This document shows positions 49,752 through 59,709 of a stretch of DNA of 64,000 nt, one piece after another. The first letter of the stretch is position 1, and the number at the start of each line of letters is the position of its first letter. Below the pieces are notes generated by a model. It was not told the DNA's origin. It saw only the letters and a program-made list of their open reading frames with translations, and did no database searches. A program made the position numbers and the translations under genes. The stretch lies in assembly GCA_964035575.1 (NCBI GenBank), contig OZ037843.1, positions 186,001-250,000 on the forward strand, read 5' to 3'. The stretch is from Rhynchopus sp. YZ270_cl-10. Lineage: Eukaryota.

Positions 49752-51350
49752 CTATAAGAGCCAAGAGCCACTTTAATGGCTTTCGAAATGACGCCATGAT
49801 TTTAGACAGGTTCAACTCATTTTCGTAAAAACATTTTTTTTATGTGGAAAGAATTTGCACCGATCTTTCAAAAGAAGCAAGAGTCGAAAACTTTTGTGCA
49901 TCTGATATTACTTTCGGTGCTGGGGGCTGGGGTGCTACTTTCACCAAAAGTGACGTTTTTTCACCCACACCCCAAATATGTACCTTTCGCGATACCCAAT
50001 GCCTACAAGCCCTTAGTCGGGTTCTACCCATTTTTGTGAACACATATTTTTATATATTTCGAAAGATTTTTCGCCGATCTTTCAAAAGAAGCAAGAATCG
50101 AAAACTTTTATGCATCGGATATTACTTTCGATGCTGGGGGGAGGCGGGGTGGGGGTGTGGGCACCCCTGTGACCCCCCACATTCTAAAATCTGTAGGACA
50201 ACGTGCTCTGACATAGGGTCTACTCATTTTCGTAAAAACATTTTTTTTTATGTGGAAAGAATTTGCACCGATCTTTCAAAAGAAGCAAGAATCGAAAACT
50301 TTTATGCATCGGATAATACTTTCGATGCTGGGGGGAGTCGTGCCACTTTTCAAAGCCCTTTGGACGAGCACCCCCCTATTCTGGTTCCTCAATGACACCC
50401 CATGCTCTGTATGAGGTTCTACTCGTTTTCGTTAAAATATTTTTATATATTTCAAAGATTTTGACACGAATCTTTCAAAAGAAACAAAAATCGAAAACTT
50501 TTACGCATCTGATTGCACTTTGGATCTGTGGACTGCTACCCACCCAAGAGGCACCCCTTCGACCCGAAGGACATGGTTATGGCTAAGGGTCATCATGATC
50601 TGATAATGGTTCTGCTTGTTTTCGTAAAAATCCTTTGGTTTATGGGGAAACTATTTGACTCAAATCTTTTAAAATAAGCAAAAATCGAAAACCTTTGTGT
50701 ATCTGTTTGCCATTTGGATGCTGGGGCGAGTTGCCACCAAAACCACAAAAACACCCCACACACACGACCTATGCAGAGCACACAGTAAGCCGAATTTTCA
50801 CTGTTTTTTCGTATTTCGGGGTGCTTTTTTCATGGATTTTCGGGTCACAGGGTCGTTCCGACCCATTCTGGGGGCTTTCGACCTCAGGAGATGCCCAAAT
50901 TGTGAAAAATCGCCCCTTTTTTACGTTTTTAGCCATGTTTCAGTGTAAATCGTTAAGGAAATCAGTTTTAGACATGGCTGCTAACAGAGCTGCACTCCTA
51001 TAAGTTGGGTTCTACTAGGACTTTTTGCTCGATTTTTTTTTCTTTGAAAAGATTTTGTGATCAATCTTTCAAATAACGCCATTTTCGGACAGAAATAATT
51101 TACGTGTTTTTCCTCGGCCGGCCGAATTAGTAAAAACCCAAAAAGTGGATTTTATGCTCACCTCATTTTGGGGATAACATTTTTTTTCGAAAAAAAACTT
51201 AAAAAAATGGAATTGAAAGCCGTGTTCAAAATCTTTCAATTGCGGCCAGGTACGATCAAAAATTTGCATCTGGGGTCCCTTTACCGGTTGGAGAGCCCCA
51301 AAAACCAAAACTCAAAAGTGGCTTGAAAATATGGCTTGGCTCTTATAGGG
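49750..51350. mobile_element. Non-autonomous piggyBac-like element (1,601 bp) with internal ~200-bp tandem repeats
   Basis: TTAA on both sides (49746..49749, 51351..51354); perfect 16-bp TIR CCCTATAAGAGCCAAG; about 5 diverged internal units (~49810..50730, 'gatctttcaaaagaagcaagaatcgaaaactttt'). No transposase ORF recognised. Confidence 0.9.
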
Positions 51351-51365
51351 TTAAAGAGATCTAAA

Positions 51366-52970
51366 CAGGGCTATCGGTAAGAGATATGAAATATGATCGC
51401 CTTTTTTTTAAAAAAAAAAATTTTTTTTTTTTTTTTACCAGGCCAAATATGATCAGAGATGCCCCGCCAACGTGCGGAGCCGAAAGCTCGGAATGGGTTT
51501 ACCAGGCCACATATGAACGGAGATGCCCCGCCAACGTGCGGAGCCGAAAGCTCGGAATGGGTTTTTGCCGCTGTACACTGTAGTATACTACCTGAACTGA
51601 GTATGTGTATATTTCCGAGCCTCGACCAACACGGACATATGCACGGGGGGGCGTAGGTATTTGGTGTTGTTCATTTACCCTACCACTTTCCGCAATCGAT
51701 CCGGAAATGCAATTGGGCTCAATTTCGGGTATTTTAGGATGACGACAAAAGTGGGCGTACCCCCTTGTTTAAAGTTTAATGTACACCTTCAAAATTTTTT
51801 CCGCTCGCTACGCTCGCGGAGGTACACCTTCAATTTTTTCCCCGCTCACTTCGCTCGCGGAAGTACACCTTAAAAATTTTCCGCTCGCTACGCTCGCAGA
51901 GGTACACCTTAAAATATTTTCCCGCTCGCTGCGCTCGCGGCGGTACACCTTCAAAAAATTTTCCGCTCGCTACGCTCGCGGAGGTACACCTTCAATTTTT
52001 TTCCCGCTCGCTTCGCTCGCGGAAGTACACCTTAAACTTTAAATTTTTGTTAACCCCTTACCCCAAGCCGTTTTTTGGACCCACTCAGAGATTACGCTCC
52101 ACGTGTGGAACGTATGGAAATCCATACGTGAATTGTTTTTGAAAAGGTGGAATCCATACGTGTCCATACTTAGGTAATTTGGGTTTTGGATTGGGGCTGG
52201 GGTGGGGTAGGTGAGGGGTGGGGCTCCGCCCCCACCTCTCACCTACCCCCTACAGAATCCTATTTGTAGGAGACAATTTTCTATTTTACCGGAAAAGGAG
52301 CATGCAGCATGGCGAAAGAAAAAAAGTAGCGTACCGTGCGCCTGCGGCGCTAGATTGCAGTACACCCTTCCCGTGACATAGTAGGCAATTTTAATCGCAG
52401 TTTTTAGAAATGTTGCGTACCGTGGCTTCGCCAGTGCCATGACTGATGATTTCTCCAGTTCTTCGAACTTTCACAGCCCTTCTCAACTAACTTTGCCAGG
52501 GAGAGCGCGCGCGAAGCGCGAATTGTTTTTGCTTAGAATTGTACGTGTTGAAAATCCATTCGTACTTTTTTTTATTTTTGGGGGAGCTGCGTAATCCCTG
52601 GACCCACTTTTGAGTTTTGGTTTTTGGGACTTTCCAACCGGTAAAGGGACCCCAGATGCAAATGTTTGATCGTACCTGGCCGCAATTGAAAGATTTTGAA
52701 CACGGCTTTCAATTCCATTTTTTAAGTACCTATCCCCCCCGTGGATATGTCCGGACCCATTTTGATGTGTTTTTGCCCGGCACTTTCCTGAAAATTTTCC
52801 GGACATATCCACATATGAGGGGAGATGCCCCGCCAACGTGCGGGGCCGAAAGCTCGGAATGGGTTTTTGCCCGTAAACTCGTGTTTTTTTTTTTTTTTTT
52901 GAAATATGATTTTGAAATATGAAATATGATATATGATGCCCCCCAAAACCCCTTCTTACCGAGAGCCCTG
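51366..52970. mobile_element. Non-autonomous TIR element with 9-bp TSD (1,605 bp)
   Basis: TSD AGATCTAAA at 51357..51365 and 52971..52979; 16-bp TIR CAGGGCTATCGGTAAG / CAGGGCTCTCGGTAAG (1 mismatch); subterminal repeats agatgccccgccaacgtgcggagccgaaagctcggaatgggttt x3. Confidence 0.85.
51781..52033. repeat. ~41-bp minisatellite x6 (gtacaccttcaaaattttttccgctcgctacgctcgcggag)
   Basis: Six consecutive diverged units visible; no unique spacers. Confidence 0.9.
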
Positions 52971-53470
52971 AGATCTAAAGAGATTTGCCGTACAAATATG
53001 GCTGTAGAAATAGGCCAATTTTTTTGTGAAAATGGGGGTCGGGGACCTTGTATTTAGAAAAATTGCTGGGTAATTTTTTTCCAAAAAAAATGACGTATTT
53101 GGACGTTTTCGCGCTCGATCTTCCCAAGCAAAAAAAAACCAACAGCTATTTTTCACAACCTGGTCTGGTTACTTTACCCACTCAGCCAAAAAGCGGGATT
53201 TTCCAAAACTGATTCTTGTATTTTAGGGTGTTGTTTTGGCTCTAATTGCCCAAAATTGTGTTTTTCGAACCGAATGACCCCCTCCTCTGAGTTCACCATA
53301 TTTTTGCTCGATTTATTTAGTGGAGTAGAACCCCCCTAAACGGCTATTTAAACCCAAAAACACACATTCAAAATAAATAGTGTTAGGGAAGGCCCATTAT
53401 TCCAATCCATGTTACAATGTTACTTGAAATGGGGTCCAAAACCCCCCCCCCCCCCCCCCCCCCCCCCCTA

Positions 53471-54383
53471 GGCATAGGTGCCCGGCGAGTTAAAACAACT
53501 CGGCAACTCGCCCAAATTCGCCCAACAACTCGCCCATTTTTTTTGGGCGAGTTGTTTTTTTTTGGCATTTTTTATACACAGGTACACAGGTACACAGGTA
53601 CACAGGTACACAGGTACACAGGTACACAGGTACACAGGTACACAGGTACACAGGTACACAGGTACACAGGTACACAGGTACACAGGTACACAGGTACACC
53701 ACATCACATTTTATCTTGTGCATCTCAGCTTGAACGACTCTTTGCCGCTTCACAGCTGGTCTGTGAATGTGCGCTTTGGGTGGTTTTGTATGCTTTGTAT
53801 CCCAAGGGAAGTCGTCGCCCAAAGCATTTTGACTGAACGTGCGAACGTTGTGAACCTGTAATCGATAGCAGACAGGAAAAGAGGATGAGCAGGCGGCGCC
53901 TGCCCGACCTGTGTGAAGTGAATCAGTGATTGCCTGACGGATGTCTGGGGAACCGTGTGTTCTGTGTGGGTAGCCATGTACGGAGTATATCCCATTCCCC
54001 CCAGCAATTACCAAAAACCGTGAGTGTGCACGGTGACCCATGGACCACCACGACCTAGTTACCACCTATGACTAGTCATATGACAAGGTGCATGTAATGA
54101 GTGGCGTTTGGCCTTAGCCCTGGTTGTTTTTCTTGAGATCATGTGTTGTACCAACGTTACATGTGTGTAACCTTACAACGTCCCCTCCCATCCCTGTATG
54201 TTTTTGCCTGTAAAAATGGGCGAGTTGTGGCCGAGTTGTGGTCGAGTTGTGCCGAGTATAGGGCGAGTTGTGCCGAGTATAGGGCGAGTTGTGGCCGAGT
54301 TGTGCGAGTTTTGGGCGAGTTGTTTGGTAAAATCGTGGAGTTCGGACAACTCGCCCAAAAACGACTCGGCCGGCACCTATGCC
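53471..54383. mobile_element. TA-flanked TIR element A (913 bp) with subterminal CGAGTTGT repeats
   Basis: TA|GGCATAGGTGCC...GGCACCTATGCC|TA (12-bp perfect, ~20-bp imperfect TIR); many acaactcg/cgagttgt motifs near both ends. Confidence 0.82.
53576..53695. repeat. (ACACAGGT)15 octamer array inside element A
   Basis: 120 nt of perfect tandem octamer. Confidence 0.95.
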
Positions 54384-54385
54384 TA

Positions 54386-55786
54386 GGGGGGGTCACATCC
54401 CATGTTAAAAGTGAGGACACCGACCAAAAAAAATTTTTTTTGAGAAAAAAATGGACATCACCCTGAAAAACCAGAAAATATGGTCCCCAGGTGACCTACA
54501 ATTCAATTCCGCCTGGTTTTGGACACTTCTGAGCACTTGTGGGGGTCTAATTCGAATTTTTCAAAAAAAAAAAAACGGCCTGGGACAGGGTTTGTACTTT
54601 GGCACCTTTCAAATCGGGGTGCAATCAAAACCCATTAAAAACACCGTTGGAACGCATTGAGAGGGCGGGAAAAGTGCCGGGGGCACTGGATTGGCAGTTC
54701 TACGCCAAGTCCGCTCTAAAATCCTTGTGTAGACGCAGTGGAATGGCAGTAAAGGCAAAGCGCCGTATCCACTGTGGAGTAGGCCTGCTGAAGGTGTCCT
54801 CAGAGGCGATTCTGCAAGCCCTGGGGAGATTGGGTTTAAGAAAACACGCGAAAAGGGGAGGAAAGTGACGTGTGTGGCATTGGGCCTCCCACGCGTCCTC
54901 CTCGCGGGTCATTGCGTATTGCTTGTCGTCAAGCAGTCTGGCCTTGCCACATTGGAGCAGTGTGCCTAAGTTCCCAATACGGCGTTCCTTGTCCCTGTGA
55001 GCTTTGAGGACGCCCCGCTCTTGCCGCTATATTTTGTGGCGTGCCTGTCCGTCTTCAGGAGGGATATCTCTTTCCTCCCACAATAATCTGAGTGTGGGGT
55101 CTAAGAAGATAAAGAAGACGAGGCAGATGCGGGTCGGTGCTTTAGTCGAGTCTATGACTGGATATCCATATACGTGGCTAGTACAGGGCTATTGCAGACT
55201 GAACTGCAAAACCAAGGGGAGGAATTGGGCATTGCAATATCTGGAAAGTCATACGAGGTGATTCTTTTAAAAGGAAGGTACCCTGAGGGACCGGGTGAGG
55301 CAGTGACGGCAGATCTGCTCGATAATTTACACCTGACTAATTTTCCTCCCTAAATTGATCACTCCCTGGCCTATTAATGGTGTGGGTACCTAAGCCCGTG
55401 TATACATTGGTCACTACGACCCACAAAATACAGATGCCAGGTGACCGTCTTGTCTTGTTTTGGCTGTATTCAAACGCAATTAGATGACATTAGGCAAGAT
55501 GTATCCTTTACTTCCTAAAATATGAGACATGGGCTGTTGCCATGGCCATATCTCGTTTATGTGCTAAAAAATAGGAATAGGCAAGGTACAGACCCTGTCC
55601 CAAGACCCCTTTTTTTTTCGGAATTTTGATTTTCTGGTCACTTCCGGTCACTATTTTTGGTATTTTCGGGCCTCCAGGACGTTTTCCGGGGGGTCTTGGG
55701 TAGTGACTTGTGGGGTCGGACACTGCGCTACGCGTAGAATTCAAAAACTCTGAAAAAATGCATTGTCCTCCCCTTGTGACCCCCCC
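54386..55786. mobile_element. TA-flanked TIR element B (1,401 bp) abutting element A
   Basis: TA|GGGGGGGTCACA...TGTGACCCCCCC|TA. Extra inverted match ~200 bp inside (tgggacagggtttgtac at ~54581 vs gtacagaccctgtccca at ~55586). Confidence 0.78.
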
Positions 55787-56409
55787 TACCCCCCCCCCCC
55801 CCCCCCCCCCCCCCTAGGGGATACGACTCCAGCCATTTTGGCTGGGACCAAACGCACGGAAAATTCATTTGGCATTATCTGGCCATCTCCAAGGCAACTG
55901 CGGGTGAAAAACACCCTCAGAGTGGGTCACAGGGGGCCTGTGGGTCGAAAAACGACCCAGAAGCCACCCCAGAATACAAAAAAATGGAAAAAAATAGTGA
56001 AAAAACGGCTTTTTTCACGTTTTGGCCACTTTGGGCAAAATAGCGATTTTTCGAGAAGGGCTCAAATGGGCATTTTCATGCAGGACCTCTGAAATGTGAA
56101 TGATTCGTTTTTTGGGCAGAGAAGTGCGTTTTAGGTGCCCACAGAAGGCCAAAACATCAATTTTTTTGTGTTTTTGGCATGTTTGGACACCCAAGGACCC
56201 ACTACCAGGGGTGACTTTTTTTTGGCCTGAAATTTGCCTTTGCCAAAATCAAAAATGAGTTTTGTGAAGGAATTTGCTAAGGAAAACACCCAATAATAGG
56301 CCACTGTAGCAGTGCATATGATTCACCCACAGATGCTCAAAACATCAAAATTTTGCCGTTTTTTGAATTTTTCGGTGCACAAGGTCCCAAGGTCAGGCCC
56401 AAAAAAAAA

Positions 56410-56517
56410 ATTTTTTTTTCCAGGCTTGAAAAAGTAGTTGTCGAAAAAAAAAAATTTTTTTTTTTTTTTTTTGAAATTTTTTTCTCGACATCTACTTTTC
56501 CAAGCTTGGAAAAAAAA
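56410..56517. repeat. ~42-bp-arm imperfect inverted repeat with poly-T loop
   Basis: ttttttttccaggcttgaaaaagtagttgtcga vs rc of right arm ttttttttccaagcttggaaaagtagatgtcga. Confidence 0.8.
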
Positions 56518-56571
56518 CTGATATTTACTGGTATCAACTGGTATTAACTGAGATTTGACGTAGCCTCCATT

Positions 56572-57690
56572 CACAAAAAATCACAAACAATCACAAACAA
56601 AAAATCTTATTCGCACAAAATCACACAAAATCACAAAAAAAGGTGGAAGAGGCTTACACCCTCTACAACCGTCTGCGGGGCCTAAAGCGGAGCAGGAACT
56701 CGCGGCCGTCCCAGAGCACTTGAGTTTTTCTTTTTCATTCTTTACTTTTGTTTGGCTTTTAGCCTCCCCCCTCCCCCTTTGCCTATTGGTTTTATTTTAT
56801 TTTATTTTTAGAATTAGAGTGTACAGCTAGGTAGGACCAGACGTCGTTAACAGCTATGAACCAAAGAGGTTCTCAGTGTCGTCGGCCAAGCCCCTTCACC
56901 AAAAAAGACTACAACAAGAAAACAAACACACAGAAAAAAAAAGTAAAAGAATGCCCTTCCTCAGTCCGGAAGTATCACCTCAACCGGTCACACCTGCCGT
57001 AAAATAGAGAGAGGTTACAGAATACAGATTAAAAATAAAAAATTCCACAAAAAAAAAAATCGAAAAATCTCAAAAAAAAAAAAAAAAAAATAAAATAAAT
57101 CCTATTCGCAAAAAATCACAAACGATCACAAAAAATCACAAAAATCACAAGCAATCACAAAAAAAAAAATCCTATTCACAAACAATCACAAAAAATCACA
57201 AACAAAAAATCCTATTCACAAAAAATCACACAAAATCACAAAAAAAAAAATCCTATTCACAAAAAATCACAAGTAATCACAAAAAAAAAATCCTATTCAC
57301 AAAAAATCACAAAAAATCAAAAAGAATCACATCCACTTTTTGTGATTTTTTGTGATTTTTTGTGAATAGGATTTTTTTTTTGTGATTTTGTGTGATTTTT
57401 TGTGAATAGGATTTTTTTTTTGTGATTACTTGTGATTTTTTGTGAATAGGATTTTTTTTTTGTGATTACTTGTGATTTTTTGTGAATAGGATTTTTTTTT
57501 TTGTGATTGCTTGTGATTTTTTGTGATTGTTTGTGAATAGGATTTTTTTTTTGTGATTGCTTGTGATTTTTTGTGATTTTTGTGATTTTTTGTGATTTGT
57601 TGTGAATAGAATTTTTTTTTTTGTGATTTTTTGTATTTATTTTGTGTGATTTTGTGTGATTTGTTGTGATTTGTTGTGATTTTTTGTGAA
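56572..57690. repeat. Foldback (head-to-head) AT-rich satellite built of ATCACAAAAA / AATCCTATTCAC units
   Basis: Units read aaaatcac/cctattcac at 56572..56640 and 57095..57320, and as their reverse complement gtgatttt/gtgaatagg at 57337..57690; axis near 57330. Confidence 0.88.
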
Positions 57691-58431
57691 TATTGTTGTT
57701 GCGGGCACCCGGATCTCCCCACTTAGAGTGTTTTTGGCACACATGACCCCACCGTGGAGAGCAATCGGCTCGCACAATCACTCGTGAGGGATTTACCTTG
57801 GCCCTCTTTACCCTACATGGATTTTGACCAAAACCAAGAATTTGGCCATTTCGGCAAAGTGACCCCACCACAGTGCGGACAGATTCCGGAAATTCCAATC
57901 GCGGTATGTTTTGGGGCTGAAAACCCACTGTTTTTTCCAGGGGAAAAATTGCTCCAAACGTTGGAATTTTCCGAATTTTCCTGAAAATGACCCTTGTTTA
58001 CGAGTATGGCTTCATATTTTGCGAAAATTTAAGTCACTAAAATTTTGTCCACTTTTCCGTATATACCCCACCACAAGCCGGGATTGGCTCGGAAATGCAA
58101 CAAAACGCCCTCTTGGGCGGAAAAAAACTACAGGAAAATGCCGCACTTTTTTTGCTTTTCTTTTTTGAAATTTCGGCAAAAACGCCCCAGAGTTAGGAAA
58201 TAGCCTGGTCTAGGTATGGAGAGCGAGCACCTTAGAAGGAAGATCGTACGTAAATTTTTGTGTGTACAATTGTACACCCGGTCTGCCGGTCTTTTTCGAG
58301 GGTGGGTAGGACCGGCCCTTATAGCCGGTAATCCTTAAGAGCCGGTCTTTTTACGGACCCTAAAGACCGGCTAAAAACCGGCTATACACACTAATTACGT
58401 GTCTGGTCGTTGCCGGTCTATTTACGGATCC

Positions 58432-59163
58432 CCCCTACTCCCATCCTTTTTCCATTTTTCTAACCCGGGCGGGTTGGAGTAGAGCCACATTTCACCGACA
58501 GGTCGAGGTGTGTGCGTTCGCACACATACTTGTGTTTTGGTGGAAAAAATTGCAAAAACGCGTTTTAGACCCCCAGAAAGGCTGGAATTGCAAAATTGGG
58601 CACTTTTAGGGTGTGACCAAAAAAGTTTTCAAGAGTCTAGTTATTACAGAGGCTCACCTTAGAAGGCAAAAATCAAGAATCCGGATTATGCGACAATGTG
58701 GACTATTTTTTGCGACAATGTGGATTATTAATCCGGATTGTCGTAATCCACATTTTAGAGTCCACATTGTCGTTTCCCCTAACAAAAAACACTGCAAACG
58801 AACAGTTTGTTGGGATGGTGGGGTCCTCGAAGCCGGGTTCTTCGGTCCTTTTGTTCCTTTGATTCTCCTCACACCAAACCATCTCTCTTCTGCTGTTGCG
58901 GTTTGTGGGGAAATGAAAAAAGCGAAAATAGAAGTGAAAAACACACTTATTTTTGGGGGTATTAAACCTACGTAGCATCACCAAACCCACCAAATTGTGG
59001 GGGAAATCAGGTGGAAAAATGTGAAATTAATGTGAAAAAGTGAGAAAAGGCGTGAATAGATGTCAAAAAAATATGAAAAAGGTGACTCGCGATGCGCACG
59101 GTACTGCTGAAGAGACTTACCCTGCTGCCATAGGCCCAGCACTCTGCTCTTCTGCAGGTATGC
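58432..59163. repeat. Direct repeat of ~730 bp, recurring at 63269..64000 (offset 4,837; runs off the window)
   Basis: Identical ORF pairs 58613/63450 and matching sequence flanking membrane gene B. Confidence 0.92.
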
Positions 59164-59709
59164 GATGAGGTGAAGGAAGGTTGTGGAAAGGTGAAGTTGA
59201 AGACGCGAAACAATAACCCGCGGGTGAGTTATCGAACTGTATTCAGACAATAACAAGAATTATTTCATATACTTTCTTTTCTAAACGAAAAGAAGGTAAA
59301 GAAGGTGCGAAAAATGTATCCCTGCTTTTTTGTTGTTCAGACAAGAAGAAGAATGAAAACAGGGGGAAAGTAAAACCAAATAATACCTAATGAGAGAAGA
59401 ACCCTCCCTCGCCAATACATGTTATGTATTGGTCTCGTTGTAAGTACAAAAATTGGCGAGTCCCAGAACCGGGTGACTGTCCTCTGAGCCTTTCTATTTT
59501 AAAGTAAAATTGCATTTTGCACGAGAAACGTTTTCCTTTTATGATTGCGATGATAAACGGAAATTGAAGACAAAACAAGACTTGGACATCCTTTTTTTGT
59601 GCTCCGGGGGAGGGATGGAGCAGAGCCACACTTCACCAACAGGTTGAGGTGCGTGACTTTTGTTTATGTCTATTGTTACCTGGGGGATGGTGACCAAGAA
59701 AGAGAAGAG

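Noticed and set aside
51781..52033. CRISPR-like array (also considered 54220..54325 and 49810..50730)
   Set aside because: Contiguous tandem units without unique spacers, no cas genes, eukaryotic context.
53700..55270. Transposase remnants inside elements A and B (e.g. LERLFAAS, LERIERAGK...)
   Set aside because: Short frames with no DDE/D motif context; similarity to the hAT ERxFS motif is too weak.
56572..57690. Telomeric repeat array
   Set aside because: Units are irregular AT-rich satellites, not TTAGGG-type repeats, and are internal.
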